Shown: positions 1 through 10,704, counted from the stretch's first letter. The stretch: 64,000 nt of DNA from an uncultured Candidatus Rokubacteria bacterium (GCA_963789955.1 CAWBMV010000014.1:1-64000), one strand, 5' to 3'. Notes: generated by a model not told the origin, from the sequence alone. Program-made: numbers and translations.

Positions 1-36
1 AGCTGACCTGGCAATCATCAGCGAAGGACGAGTGGG

Positions 37-450
37 ATGGCATATTGGCTCCTGAAGTCCGAACCCGACGAGTGGTCGTGGGCCCAGCAGGTCGCGGAAG
101 GGCGAGACGGGGCGGAGTGGACCGGCATCCGCAACTTCTCGGCCCGCAATAACCTGCGCGCCATGAAGAAGGGCGAGCAGGCGTTCTTCTACCACACCGG
201 CAAGGAGCGTGCGATCGTCGGCATCGTCAAGGTGACGACCGAGGCGCATCCCGATTCGACCGACTCGGCCTGGGTCGCCGTCAACGTCGCCGCGGGGAAA
301 AAGCTTCCGACGCCGGTCAGCCTCGACCAGATCAAGGCAGACAAGCGCCTCAAGGGCATGCCGCTGGTCAGGCTCGGGCGCCTGTCGGTTCAGCCCGTCT
401 CGGATGCCGAGTGGCGCATCATCTGCCACATGGGCGGACTCGACTCCTAA
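37..450 (+). CDS. EVE domain (PUA-like) protein
   Basis: MAYWLLKSEP N-terminus, W.GIRN..ARNNLR.MK.G...FFYH and RLSVQPV motifs typical of EVE/THYN1 family. Confidence 0.92.
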   Translation: MAYWLLKSEPDEWSWAQQVAEGRDGAEWTGIRNFSARNNLRAMKKGEQAFFYHTGKERAIVGIVKVTTEAHPDSTDSAWVAVNVAAGKKLPTPVSLDQIKADKRLKGMPLVRLGRLSVQPVSDAEWRIICHMGGLDS

Positions 451-1319
451 ACGCCGTCGAGCGACGGCTTCATTTTCAGGATTGCGTCGATGTGGCCACG
501 CGGCGAAAGTCCCGAGCCCATCGTGTTCACCGACAGATGGGTCGCGCCGAGGTCTCGCCACTCCCGGGCCCGCTTCGCCCACTCGGTCGGGCCGCCGATC
601 CCGTAGGTAAAGCGTCCCTCGATTCCGACTGCAGAGAGCGGGCGGCCCGCCTCCTTCATGTGCGCGCGCACGCGATCGAGCGTGTGGCTCGCCTCGTCAC
701 CGGGCTGAAACTGGGGGAACCAGCCGTCGGAGATCTGGGCCACCCGTTTGAGCACGGGCTCGGCCATGCCACCCATCCAAACCGGTATGGGCCGCTGCAC
801 CGGCAGCGGGTTGATGCCGGCTCGGTCGAGGTGATGATACGAGCCCTTGAAGGTCACCATCGGCTCGGTCCAGAGCTTCCGCATGACCGCGATCTGCTCG
901 CCGACACGGCGCCCCCGCGTGTGGAAGTCCTCGTTCAGAGCTTCGTACTCGACGTGGTTCCAGCCGATACCCACGCCGAGCCGCAGGCGCCCGCCCGTGA
1001 GCACGTCGACCGCGGCGGCCTGCTTGGCGACCAGCGCAGTCTGGCGCTGGGGCAGAATGACGATGCCGGTGACGAGCTCGAGGCGCTGAGTACAGGCGCC
1101 GAGGTAACCGAACAGAACGAAGACCTCGTGGAAGGGGCTCTGGTCCGTGTAGGGCGGGCGGCGCCCGAGCTTATCGAAGCGCTCCAGCTTGGCGCCGAGC
1201 ACGTGGTCGAACACCAGCAGATGATGGTAGCCGGCACTCTCGGCAGCCTGGGCATAGTCGCGGATCACTGCAGGGTCTGAGCCGATTTCCGTCTGGGGAA
1301 ACACCACGCCGAGTCTCAT
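447..1319 (-). CDS. LLM-class (probably F420-dependent) oxidoreductase
   Basis: MRLGVVFPQTEIG start after GGAGGAAG RBS; FDHVLG, LPQRQTALVAKQAA.VD.L.GGRLRLGVG.GWN..EY motifs. Confidence 0.9.
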   Translation of the reverse strand: MRLGVVFPQTEIGSDPAVIRDYAQAAESAGYHHLLVFDHVLGAKLERFDKLGRRPPYTDQSPFHEVFVLFGYLGACTQRLELVTGIVILPQRQTALVAKQAAAVDVLTGGRLRLGVGIGWNHVEYEALNEDFHTRGRRVGEQIAVMRKLWTEPMVTFKGSYHHLDRAGINPLPVQRPIPVWMGGMAEPVLKRVAQISDGWFPQFQPGDEASHTLDRVRAHMKEAGRPLSAVGIEGRFTYGIGGPTEWAKRAREWRDLGATHLSVNTMGSGLSPRGHIDAILKMKPSLDGV

Positions 1320-1362
1320 ATCGGGTTCTTCCTCCGTCGTCGGTTCGTGTCGGTCACCGCCA

Positions 1363-2186
1363 TCAGCGGCGGGCGACCAGTACGCTGATGGGATAGAGGC
1401 AGTAGTAGTCGGGATCGTCAAGGACGAAGTTCACCGACTCTGCCCGCAAAGGTCCGAGCGTCGCTTCCACTCGTCGGGGGTCAGGCGATCGCGCAGGCGC
1501 GGCCCCCAGTTGCGCTCGAAGACGACGCGCTGGATGTAGTCGCGCGCGGCGGGGAGAAGCGGAGCCCGGCGCTCCAGCAAGTACGTCCGGAAGCTCTCGA
1601 CCGACAGTCCGGCCGCGCGGACCGAGGCGAGCGTGCGCTGGCGGCGCTCCTCGAAGGAGAACTCGCCGCCCTCGTGACGACTCCACTCCATCTCGGCCTG
1701 GCGAAGACGACGCTCGAGGGTGGGATGGCCGGGCAAGAACACTCCGTGCAGGAGCTGCGACTCCTTCACGACGATTCGGCCGCCGGGCCGGACGACGCGC
1801 GCAAACTCGCCCAGCGCCCGGCCCGTTTCCTGGATGTGGTGGAGCACGTCACCGCACCAGACCCAATCAAACGTCGCGTCAGGGGCCTCGAGCTTGGTGG
1901 CGTCCCCCTCGCGGAACTCGAGCCGCGAGGCAAATGGCCCGTGGCCGACCAGCGCGCGTGCCGCTTCCACACGCTCCGTCGATGGCTCGATACCCACGAC
2001 GCGCCCGGCTGGCCCGATTGCCTCAGCAAGCCAGACGGCGAAGAACCCGGCGCCGCAACCCACATCGAGGCCGCGGGAGCCCTCGGGCAAACCGAGGTCA
2101 GCGATGAGGACGCGCGCCTCGGGCTCCTGGAAGAGGTTCATACGCTCCAGCGACTTGGTGAAGGGCTCCGTCTCGGCCTGGGTCAT
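1363..2186 (-). CDS. class I SAM-dependent methyltransferase (frameshift near 1445)
   Basis: LDVGCGAG motif I, FDWVW, RVVRPGGRI; ATG at 2186 overlaps upstream TGA; plausible C-terminus (FVLDDPDYYCLYPISVLVARR) lies in another frame ending at 1363. Confidence 0.8.
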
Positions 2187-3466
2187 CAGGGCTCCCTTCT
2201 CGCCGACAAGGTCGCGTCTTCGACGTTCGTCTTGGCCGCGGCTTCGGCGAGCAGCGCGTACTTGGCCAGGGTGCGCTCGGCGAGTGCCGCCGGCCAGCGG
2301 TGATCGTCGACGATTCTCAGGAACTCGTCGAGGACCCGGGGAAAGTGGGTCTCGTGGCCCCCGTCGAGCGAGGGCGGCACGGTCACCTCGTACGTGTCCG
2401 AACCGGTGGGCACGACCTCGACACCGGGGAGCTCCGCCTGCCATGTCGCGATCGTGTCGCGCAGCGCGCGCACGACGTCGGCGGTATCGGCGCGCGGCTC
2501 GACGGACACTCGACGGCGGTGGCCGGTGCGCGCGCTCTGCTCCAGGTGAATGTCGGCGCGAGTCCCGTGAACGACGTTGTGGGAGGCGTCTCCCCCACCC
2601 GGTGGCGCTGACAGGTTCCAGCGCGTCGCGGCCCTCGCGGTGATGCGGCCGATCCGGTACACGAGCTCGGCGTTGCATCGATAGCTCAGCGCGTCGCCGT
2701 CGACGAAGGGCTGGAGCTCTCTCGGGAACCCTTCCTCTCCGGTGATCCGTCGAAACGCCTCCGCGGGCACTCGCGTCGACCACGCGCGAGCCGAGAGGAG
2801 CGCTGGCGTGGCCGTGTCGCCGTCCACGAGCCACTGCGCCTGGTCCACGACGTGAGTCGGGATGTCGACCGGGCCACTCCCCTGCACGCGCACGTCGAAG
2901 AACCACCACGGACGTCTGAGCGGGGCGCCATCGACGAGCTTCTCCAGACAGTGCTCGCTCTCCTGCTCGATCGCCGCCCCATCACGGCGGAAGTCGCCGA
3001 AGAATGCGGGAGCACCGACGAGCCGCTTGACCAGCTTGGCCGTCAGGTCGTGACGCCCGGTCATGATCTCCGCGGCGAGCGGCCAGCCCGCGAGGCTTGC
3101 CCGCACGTGCTCGAGGTCGGCCGGCTCCACGAGCCACGGCTTGTCGGCGAGCACGTGGAAGCCGGATTCGTGCAGCCGCCGTATCGTGCGCGCCTTGCCC
3201 CCGTTCTTGCCGGCGAGGACCACCACGTCTCCGCGCCGCTCGCCGACGAGCCGCCCGAGCGGGTCATCGCACGTCGTCACGACGGGACGCCAGCGCGTGG
3301 GGTGCTCGGAGCGCCGGTTGAAGCGCTCGAGGAGGGCGAGGAAGTCGCGCAGCTCGACGCCCTCGCGCGCGTAGACGAAGACCTGGTCGGCCACGCGCGC
3401 CTGCGGCACGCGCAAGGTCAGCGCGGCGTGGAAGTGCCCCGGGTCGAGGACGAGCAGCGTGTGCAT
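2186..3466 (-). CDS. Gfo/Idh/MocA-like oxidoreductase with putative oxidoreductase C-terminal domain
   Basis: LDPGHFHAAL, HVLADKPW, LRRPWWFFDVRVQG, GGHETHF motifs. Confidence 0.8.
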   Translation of the reverse strand: MHTLLVLDPGHFHAALTLRVPQARVADQVFVYAREGVELRDFLALLERFNRRSEHPTRWRPVVTTCDDPLGRLVGERRGDVVVLAGKNGGKARTIRRLHESGFHVLADKPWLVEPADLEHVRASLAGWPLAAEIMTGRHDLTAKLVKRLVGAPAFFGDFRRDGAAIEQESEHCLEKLVDGAPLRRPWWFFDVRVQGSGPVDIPTHVVDQAQWLVDGDTATPALLSARAWSTRVPAEAFRRITGEEGFPRELQPFVDGDALSYRCNAELVYRIGRITARAATRWNLSAPPGGGDASHNVVHGTRADIHLEQSARTGHRRRVSVEPRADTADVVRALRDTIATWQAELPGVEVVPTGSDTYEVTVPPSLDGGHETHFPRVLDEFLRIVDDHRWPAALAERTLAKYALLAEAAAKTNVEDATLSARREP

Positions 3467-3586
3467 GGTGTCGCGATGGTACCGCACCTGTGGGTCACCC
3501 GACCGTCCTCGACGAGGACCACGGGCCGCTTCCGCCGTGACGACCCCGGTCGTATGCTGGAGTTGCTCGGAGAGGAGGAAGACGAT

Positions 3587-4000
3587 TTGACGGTGATTGA
3601 CCGGTTGAATGAGCTCCTCGAGGCGGAGCGGGCGGGGGTCGACACGCTTTCCCGTCTGTTTCCCGAGGCCCTCGGCCCCGAGATGCAGAAGCTCTTCGAG
3701 GAGGTGAGAAACGACGAGGCCTGGTCCTGCGCCGGGCTCGTCCGTTCTATCAAGACGATGGGCGGGACCATCTCGGAGAAGAAGGGAGACTTCGCCGACA
3801 AGGTGATGCGGGAGCCGACCCTCGCCGCCCGCCTGCGGTTTCTGAACCGGGGACAAGGATGGGTCGTCAAACGGCTGGATAGTCTTCTCGGCGAGACGCT
3901 CCCGGCGTCGGTCGGGAGTTTTCTCGCAGAGATGAAGACACGCCACATCACCAACATCGAGGCCTGCGAGCGGTTGGCGGAGTCTCTCCAAGCGGCATGA
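3587..4000 (+). CDS. ferritin-like DUF6306-type protein
   Basis: LNELLEAERAG, DEAWSCAGL, FLNRGQGWVV motifs; TTG start after GAGGAGG (alternative ATG at 3554). Confidence 0.75.
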   Translation: MTVIDRLNELLEAERAGVDTLSRLFPEALGPEMQKLFEEVRNDEAWSCAGLVRSIKTMGGTISEKKGDFADKVMREPTLAARLRFLNRGQGWVVKRLDSLLGETLPASVGSFLAEMKTRHITNIEACERLAESLQAA

Positions 4001-4716
4001 TCGCGGACGAATTGAAATCCTGGAGGAAGGCCGAGCGCGAGCGGCTGATCGCGGTGCGCGAGAATCTCGACGCGGCGACGCTCGTGCTCTTCCGCCAACG
4101 CATCGACGCCCACCTCTGGCAATCGTTTCCAGGCCTCGCGGCCGCCAGGCTCGCCTTCTGCTGGCCAATCCGGGGCGAATACGACGCGCGACGCCTCGCG
4201 CAGCGGCTCCGAGAGCGCGGCGCGGTGACCGCCCTACCCGTCGTCGTCGCGCCCCGGCAGCCGCTCGTCTTCCGCGAATGGCATCCCGGTGTGACTCTCG
4301 CCTCCGGCCCGCTCGGCATTCCCTTTCCGGTCGGCTCGCATCCCATCGTTCCGACCGCCGCGCTCGTGCCCATGATCGGGTGGGACGAAGCCGGCTACCG
4401 TCTCGGCTACGGGGGCGGCTTCTTCGACCGCACCCTCGCGAGCCTGGCCAGAAAGCCCGTGGTTATCGGCGTCAGCTACGAGCTGACCAAGATCAAGACC
4501 ATCAGGCCTCAGAGCTGGGATATCCCGATGGACTGGGTTGTGACCGAGCGCGGCACCTACCGGCGAGATCCAGACGGCCTGGTCTTTCTTGGCGAACCCG
4601 TCGCCGGCGAGCCCGGCGCGCTCGCCTCCCCTGTCTGTTACGCTGCCGAGGTCGATCCCGGGCATTTCGGCGAAGGGAAGGAAGAGCCCGAGAGCGAGGG
4701 AGCGCGTGATGAGTGA
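3997..4716 (+). CDS. 5-formyltetrahydrofolate cyclo-ligase
   Basis: WPIRGE, G.RLGYGGGFFDRTL, WDIPMD.VVTE motifs; ATGA overlap with upstream gene. Confidence 0.92.
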   Translation: MIADELKSWRKAERERLIAVRENLDAATLVLFRQRIDAHLWQSFPGLAAARLAFCWPIRGEYDARRLAQRLRERGAVTALPVVVAPRQPLVFREWHPGVTLASGPLGIPFPVGSHPIVPTAALVPMIGWDEAGYRLGYGGGFFDRTLASLARKPVVIGVSYELTKIKTIRPQSWDIPMDWVVTERGTYRRDPDGLVFLGEPVAGEPGALASPVCYAAEVDPGHFGEGKEEPESEGARDE

Positions 4717-4918
4717 GCGTGGCGAGGTGCTCGTTTCATTTCGGCTACGAGCCACGGGCAAAGTGTTGGGATGTTCTGTCGCGCTACCGGCCGACGCCGA
4801 TCCCCATCTTGTACGGAGAAGCGATCTCATCGCGCACCTCGCACGCGCGGCGGGTGTGGCGCCGGAAGAGATCGAGCTGCTGGATTTGTGGTCCAAGACA
4901 CACGAGTTCACCGAATGA
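4709..4918 (+). CDS. small hypothetical protein (69 aa)
   Basis: ATG overlapping the end of the cyclo-ligase, GAGGGAG upstream, protein-like composition. Confidence 0.45.
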   Translation: MSERGEVLVSFRLRATGKVLGCSVALPADADPHLVRRSDLIAHLARAAGVAPEEIELLDLWSKTHEFTE

Positions 4919-5099
4919 AACGGGAAGAGACGCTGACGTCGCGAGCTTGGTCTCTCAGGGGCGTGAAGACCCTCGACCTCGTGACTCGCGACGGGGTCGA
5001 CTGCTCTGGCGGCTATGCCATGAGCGTGCTGACCCCGGATTAGCCGCGTCACCGGAGTCCTCGCGCCGGGCTGCTATTCGTCGACGGCCCTCAACTCGG

Positions 5100-5330
5100 A
5101 CTGCGTCGCAGCGGCTGCCCGACGTGCTGGAACACGTCATCCGCCACGCGTCGCCCCAGGGCAATACCGCCGTCTTGTCGAACGCCCAGTGGATCCCGAG
5201 ATAGATCCGACTCTGGCCGTTCTCCTCCTTGGCCAGAACGTATCCTCGCTGAAGGGCCTGATTCGGCCGGCCGCAGGACAGTGGGCGGGAAGCGAACGGC
5301 CAGGGGTTGGCCTCGTTGAGTTCCGCGCCG
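5100..5330 (-). pseudogene. C-terminal remnant of a vanadium-dependent haloperoxidase/PAP2-family gene
   Basis: EENGQSRIYLGIHWAFDKT followed, after a 1-nt shift, by GIALGRRVADDVFQH; no N-terminal part present. Confidence 0.7.
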
Positions 5331-5419
5331 CAGGCGAGTTGCGCCACGATTCAGCAGTGCCGACCGTCAAGAAATCGGCGCCTGTCAGATCGAAGCGTCA
5401 CGGTGCAGGCGGCGGACAA

Positions 5420-5728
5420 TTATTCTCCGTGGACGATCGTCGTGTACTTGGCATAGATCCCCAGGATGTTCATCGTCTCGTGATCGACGTGATGAATCCG
5501 GGTGATGCCGCCGTTGCTCGCGGCGGCCGAGATGCTGGCGTCTCCTGTCGCGAACAGGAGGATCCCGAAGGCTTCCGCTCTTCCCGTTTTGGGGCTAGTC
5601 GTGGCCGGACCTGCTGAAACCGGTCCCTTCATGTCGAAGGTGACCGGGGCGACCACGGGCCCGTTCGCCAGGGCACAGCCTGTCATCAGCGCAGCGCAAG
5701 ACGACGCGAGTACGAGACTCTTCAACAT
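5420..5728 (-). CDS. TRL-like family lipoprotein
   Basis: lipobox LMTGC; ATGDASI.AA..NGGIT.IHHVD...NILG.Y...TIV.G signature. Confidence 0.85.
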   Translation of the reverse strand: MLKSLVLASSCAALMTGCALANGPVVAPVTFDMKGPVSAGPATTSPKTGRAEAFGILLFATGDASISAAASNGGITRIHHVDHETMNILGIYAKYTTIVHGE

Positions 5729-5799
5729 GGACTTTTCTCCTTCCGGAGCCGTTGGACTATGGAGCCTGATTGTTCAGACTGGGCGGTCGGTTGTCCATC

Positions 5800-5816
5800 A
5801 GGTAATTACCTATAGG
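5800..5816. promoter_or_regulatory. palindromic operator candidate between divergent genes
   Basis: perfect palindrome AGGTAATTACCT (5800-5811) overlapping CCTATAGG (5809-5816). Confidence 0.4.
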
Positions 5817-5877
5817 CATCACTCGAAGATGCTGACCATCGGGCGACACCACGTCGGAATGACGGTATGGTGGACAC

Positions 5878-6343
5878 ATGGCTCCTCCGCGTCTTCAGGT
5901 CATCGGGCTCATCGCCCTCATGTTGTGCGTGGGCGGAATGTCGGCCCCGCCCACGCCCGCTGTCGCCGGAGGCTCGAGCGGCGCCGCCCGAGCTGGTCAG
6001 TGAGTTACGCCCAGTCGTCGACCATGCCAGGCAGCGTTTCGAGGCGCGTGACCTTGCCGGCGTGCTCGCACACGTGTCGGAGCAGTACCGCAGCGGCGGG
6101 TTGACCAAGGCCGATGTGCGCCAGCAGCTCCTCGCCATGTTCTCGCTCTACGAGGTTCTTCGCGCGCGGGTGAGAATCGATAACGTGCAGATCGCCGACG
6201 GGGTGGTGTGGGTCTACACGAGCGGTGAAGTGACCGGCCGCCTGCCGCTCGCGGGCTGGATGACCGTCCTCACCTGGCAGAACGAGCCCGAGGTAGCGCG
6301 GCGCGAAGAGGCGGGCTGGCGGCTCTTCGGTTTTCAGAACTGA
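5878..6343 (+). CDS. putative lipoprotein with NTF2/SnoaL-like domain (frameshift near 5940)
   Basis: signal-like MAPPRLQVIGLIALMLCVGG from ATG 5878 in one frame; FEARDLAGVLAHVSEQY...RREEAGWRL domain in the 5867 frame. Confidence 0.6.
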
Positions 6344-6362
6344 TCGCGGACGAACGTCCTTA

Positions 6363-7425
6363 TCAGTAGCCGTTGGCCCAGTCGACGACGTTGGTCAGGG
6401 GTCGTCCGTCCAGATAGGCGCGCAGATTGTCGCAGAAGAGATCGATCCCCCGATGCTGACGCGTGTCGGTGCCGCCGGAGATGTGCGGGGTGATGAGGAC
6501 ACGCTCGTCGTCCCAGAGGCGCCGGTCGGGTTCGTGTTCGAACTCACCGACGTAGACATCGAGGGCCACGCCCCGCAGCTGTCCCGCCGCGAGAGCCGCG
6601 ATCAAGGCCTCTTCGTCGATGATTTCGCCCCGCGCGACGTTCACGAGGATGGCGCCCGGCTTCATGGCGGCGAACGCTTCCCGCCCGATCAGCTTGGTCG
6701 TCTCCGGCGTCCACTGACAGCAGACCACGACCGCGTCGCTCTCCGCGAGTAGAGCATGGAGACGCTCGGGGGGTTCCAGACGGCTGAATCCCGCGGGCAG
6801 TGCCTTATCGAGCGCGACCCGGCGTCGCGTGCCGATCACTCGCATGCCGGCGCTCGCGCACAAGCTGCCCACCTCCTGGCCGATGCCGCCGGCACCCACG
6901 ATGCACACGGTCTTACCCTGCAGCAGCAGAGGACCGTAGGTGCGATGGTCGAAGCGATGCCGCTGCCGATCGCGGGAGGCATGATGCAAGCCCCTGGCGA
7001 AGTAGAGGAGGCCGGCCAGCGCGAACTCGGCCATCGGGCGCGTGTTGCCGTAGCCGCGCGAGGTCGTGACGACGACATCGCTGCCCCAGAGATCTCCGCG
7101 TAGCAGGTTGCTCGCCCCGGCCGGCAGCTGATGGAACCAGCGCAGGTGTGGCGCGCGAGCGCGAAGATCCAGCGGAAACGGAAAGCCGCCGAGCACGATC
7201 TCGGCGCCGGCCAGCAGCTGGTCGCGTTCCTGGCGAGAATGGCTCGGCGCTGAACGCTGACCGACGTAGCGCTGCACCGTCCACGGCGACCAGGTCTCGC
7301 GGAGCTCGACGTCGAAGCAGCCCCGGGCGTCGACGACATGCACGCAGCGGTCGACTGACCCGATACGAACGCAGAGCGTCGTCGGGTACCGGTACGATCA
7401 CCAGGACTTCTCTGGTCGGCGTCAT
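6363..7425 (-). CDS. D-2-hydroxyacid dehydrogenase (frameshift near 7369)
   Basis: GAGGIG, NVARG, LDVY..E, ITPHISG motifs; N-terminus MTPTREVLVIVP in adjacent frame. Confidence 0.9.
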
Positions 7426-7469
7426 GACCGTTCGGCCGTACGTCGAGCCGGCCGAGAACGTGTGCCTCG

Positions 7470-9332
7470 CTAGGCGGGCACGAGCGCGCCGGGGCCGCTG
7501 CCGATGAGGTCGGCGCGGCCGGCCTCGCGGAGCGCCTCGCGGGCGAGCGGCCACTGCTCGGGGCTCCAGTAGAGCAGCAGCGACTTCTGGAGCTTCTTGG
7601 CCCGCAGGCCCGTGGCCGTGTAGACCGGCTGCATGGTGAGCGGGTCGATGCCCGTGTGGTACATGCAGGTCGCCATCGCCATCGGCGTGGGAATGAAGTC
7701 CTGCACCTGACGCGGCCGCCGTCCGTTCTTCTTGAGCCAGAGCGCGAGCTCCACCATGTCCTCCAGGGTGGAGCCTGGATGGCCGCTGATGAAGTAGGGG
7801 ATGTCGTACTGCTCCTTGCCGGCGTCCTTGCTGGCGCAGGCGAACATCTGCTGGAAGCGCTCGTAGCTCTCGATGCCCGGCTTCTTCATCTTCTCCAGCA
7901 CGCGGGGGCTGACGTGCTCGGGCGCCACCGAGAGCTGGCCGCCGACGTGGTGCCGGGCCAGCTCCTCGACGTACTCCGGCGAACGCTCGGCGAGATCGTA
8001 GCGGACGCCGCTGGCGATGAAGACGTGCTTGACGCCGTCCGCCTTGCGCACACGCTGCATGAGCTGGACCAGCGGGCCGTGGTCCGTCTTGAGATTCTCG
8101 CAGACTCCCGGATGCACGCAGGACAGCCGCCGGCACTTCGACTCGATCTCCGGGCTCTTGCAGGCGAGCCGGTACATGTTCGCCGTGGGCCCGCCGAGAT
8201 CGGTGATCGTCCCGCGGAAGTCGCCCTGGCGGCGCAGCGCGCGGATCTCGCGCAGCACGCTCTCGGCCGAGCGGTTCTGGATGACGCGCCCCTCGTGCTC
8301 GGTGATCGAGCAGAACGTGCAGCCGCCGAAGCAGCCGCGCATGAGGACGAGCGAGTGCTTCACCGTCTCGTAGCCGGGAATCCGCTCGGTGTACATCGGG
8401 TGGGGCACGCGCGTGAACGGTAGATCGTAGAGCTCGTCCATCGAGACGGCGCCGCCGCCGCTCCCGGCGCCGTCCTCCAGCGGAAACGCCGGCGGGTTGT
8501 AGTACACGCCGCGCTGGCCGTGGCGCTGCGCCAGAGGGCGCGCGTTGCCGGGGTTGGTCTCGAGCTGAAAGGCGCGCGACATCAGCGCGAAGGCCCGCTT
8601 GTCGGCGACGACCGCTTCGTACGACGGCAGCACCACCGTCTTGCGATCGGCCACCATCCGGGCCGGATCGGCCTCGTGGCGTTTCATCTCGGCGTCGTTG
8701 ATGGGGAGCGCGGTGCCGCGCACGTCGCGAATCTCGCCGATGCGCTCGCCTCGGCGCAGCCGGTCGGCCACGTCCCAGACGGGCCGCTCGCCCATGCCGA
8801 ACACGAGGAGATCGGCCTTGGCGTCGAGCAGCATCGAGCGGCGCACCGTGTCGCTCCAGTAGTCGTAGTGGGCGATGCGCCGCAGCGAGGCCTCGATGCC
8901 GCCCAGCACGATCGGCACGTCGGGGTACGCCTCGCGGCAGCGCTGGGCGTAGACGACGGTGGCGCGATCGGGGCGGCAGCCGGTGCGGCCGCCCGGGCTG
9001 TACTGATCCTCGGAGCGGTTCTTCTTCTGCGCGGTGAGGCGATTGAGCATCGAGTCGAGGTTGCCGGCGGACACGCCGAAGAAGAGGCGCGGCCGGCCGA
9101 GCGCGCGGAACGGCTCGGCGCTGTGCCAGTCGGGTTGCGCGATCACGCCCACCTTGAAGCCGCGCCCCTCCAGGAACCGGGCGATCAGCACGGGGCCGAA
9201 GGCCGGGTGGTCGACGTACGCATCGCCGCTGACGATGATGATGTCAAGCTGATCCCAGCCGCGGGCGCCGAGATCGGCTCGGGAGGTCGGCAGGAACCGC
9301 GGGCTGGCCGCGCCAACTACTTCCATTTCCAT
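7470..9332 (-). CDS. ygiQ: YgiQ family radical SAM protein (UPF0313)
   Basis: [43 protein letters not shown] motifs. Confidence 0.93.
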   Translation of the reverse strand: MEMEVVGAASPRFLPTSRADLGARGWDQLDIIIVSGDAYVDHPAFGPVLIARFLEGRGFKVGVIAQPDWHSAEPFRALGRPRLFFGVSAGNLDSMLNRLTAQKKNRSEDQYSPGGRTGCRPDRATVVYAQRCREAYPDVPIVLGGIEASLRRIAHYDYWSDTVRRSMLLDAKADLLVFGMGERPVWDVADRLRRGERIGEIRDVRGTALPINDAEMKRHEADPARMVADRKTVVLPSYEAVVADKRAFALMSRAFQLETNPGNARPLAQRHGQRGVYYNPPAFPLEDGAGSGGGAVSMDELYDLPFTRVPHPMYTERIPGYETVKHSLVLMRGCFGGCTFCSITEHEGRVIQNRSAESVLREIRALRRQGDFRGTITDLGGPTANMYRLACKSPEIESKCRRLSCVHPGVCENLKTDHGPLVQLMQRVRKADGVKHVFIASGVRYDLAERSPEYVEELARHHVGGQLSVAPEHVSPRVLEKMKKPGIESYERFQQMFACASKDAGKEQYDIPYFISGHPGSTLEDMVELALWLKKNGRRPRQVQDFIPTPMAMATCMYHTGIDPLTMQPVYTATGLRAKKLQKSLLLYWSPEQWPLAREALREAGRADLIGSGPGALVPA

Positions 9333-9415
9333 TTGCGCATGATACCGCGCGTTGGCGGGGAACCGAGTTCGTGTCTGCAGCTGGTAAACTCCATACCCAA
9401 TGCCGGGGGTGCGCC

Positions 9416-10027
9416 ATGGCTGAACAGCCGCGCAGCAAGCACTTCTCGATGATCCGCACCTTTCACCTGGCGGACTTCTTCACCATCGCCAACGGCTTCT
9501 GCGGCATGTTCGCGATCTTCGAGGCGATGACGTTTCTCAGCACGCACGTCGCGTGGCACCTGTATCTCGCGACCGCACTCGTCCCGGTGGCGCTGATCTT
9601 CGACGTGCTCGACGGACGGATCGCGCGAGGGCGCCACGCGGCGTCGGCACTCGGACGCGAGCTGGACTCGCTCGCCGACGTGGTGTCGTTCGGCGTCGCT
9701 CCAGCGACGATTGCCTTTGCCGCCGGCGTCAATACGCTCCTGGATCAGGTGATTCTCCTGTACTTCGTCGGGTGTGGCGTGAGCCGATTGGCGCGCTACA
9801 ACGTCACCGCGGAGAGCTTGTCGACCCGGACCGGCCGCGTGGAATACTTCGAGGGCACACCGATCCCGACGAGCATCGTCCCGCTCGGGGTCTTGATGCT
9901 GGCGTTCTACGGTGGCTCGTTGTACCGGGTGAGCCTGCTGGGCGTCGAATGGCATGCCGTCGCCCTGCTCTTTCTCGTGTCCGGCTCGCTGATGATCAGC
10001 AAGACCTTGCGGATTCCCAAGCCGTAG
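9416..10027 (+). CDS. pssA: CDP-diacylglycerol--serine O-phosphatidyltransferase
   Basis: DVLDGRIAR...[21 protein letters not shown]-alcohol motif, RLARYN, FEGTPIP. Confidence 0.88.
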   Translation: MAEQPRSKHFSMIRTFHLADFFTIANGFCGMFAIFEAMTFLSTHVAWHLYLATALVPVALIFDVLDGRIARGRHAASALGRELDSLADVVSFGVAPATIAFAAGVNTLLDQVILLYFVGCGVSRLARYNVTAESLSTRTGRVEYFEGTPIPTSIVPLGVLMLAFYGGSLYRVSLLGVEWHAVALLFLVSGSLMISKTLRIPKP

Positions 10028-10089
10028 ATTCCCGGGGCGCCTCGTGCTCCGTGCGAGCACGCGACGGTGGGGCGATGCGCGGCGGTCGT

Positions 10090-10305
10090 TCAGCGCCGCC
10101 GGAGATGCGAGGTCGACCGGCGCCAGTTGACGGGCTCGGATCGGTCGACCACGTTCATCGCGGCGAGCCTCTTCTCCCCCTGCGCCACCGCGGCGCTGAT
10201 GGATGGGAATCGGTCGCGAGATTCGGCGACCGTCTCGCCCGCATAGTTGACGATCCGCCAACGCCAGGAGATGTCCTTCGAGTCATTGACCGCGGCGACC
10301 TGCAT
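10090..10305 (-). CDS. small protein with YegP/DUF1508-like motif
   Basis: strong RBS AAGGAGG; WRWRIVNYAGETVAES resembles DUF1508 WRWRL.A.NGE..A.S. Confidence 0.6.
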   Translation of the reverse strand: MQVAAVNDSKDISWRWRIVNYAGETVAESRDRFPSISAAVAQGEKRLAAMNVVDRSEPVNWRRSTSHLRRR

Positions 10306-10377
10306 ATGGACCGCCTCCTTGCGCGCGGCGGCGTGCCTGCCGGGTGCCGCCCGGTTCGCGCTTGGCGCACTGTGATA

Positions 10378-10626
10378 TCAGGCTGCTGGGGCGCGTGTCA
10401 CCGTCAACGTCTGACCGCAGACGGAACAGCGTCCGTGGCCGCGATCCATCGGTGACGCGTTGCCGTCCAGCACATCCTGCACGTCGAGACGGCCAACACG
10501 CAGCTCGACGGCAAGGCAGCCGTCACAAAAGGGCTGCCCATTCGCTTGTCGCAGGAATTCGTCGAGGGCACTCCGCAAGCCGTTTCTAGACCCCGCCACC
10601 AAGGCCTCCTGCGCGGCACGGAGCAT
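10378..10626 (-). CDS. small CxxC...CxxC protein (putative Zn-binding)
   Basis: FCDGCLA and CSVCG motifs in 82 aa. Confidence 0.55.
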   Translation of the reverse strand: MLRAAQEALVAGSRNGLRSALDEFLRQANGQPFCDGCLAVELRVGRLDVQDVLDGNASPMDRGHGRCSVCGQTLTVTRAPAA

Positions 10627-10645
10627 ATCAGAATTCCGTCAGGCC

Positions 10646-10682
10646 TCTCATAATTTATATGTGAGATATATGATATATATGG
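10646..10682. promoter_or_regulatory. AT-rich divergent promoter/operator
   Basis: TCTCA-N11-TGAGA inverted repeat, TATGAT -10 candidate (10669-10674), ATATAT runs in a GC-rich context. Confidence 0.55.
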
Positions 10683-10704
10683 TTGGAGGAAGGAGATCGG
10701 CCCA

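Noticed and set aside
37..450. EVE protein as part of a modification-dependent defence system
   Set aside because: Stand-alone domain with no nuclease or toxin partner visible; upstream context lies outside the window
4915..5043. 42-aa ORF overlapping the stop of the 4709 ORF
   Set aside because: No recognisable motif or clear RBS; may be another remnant
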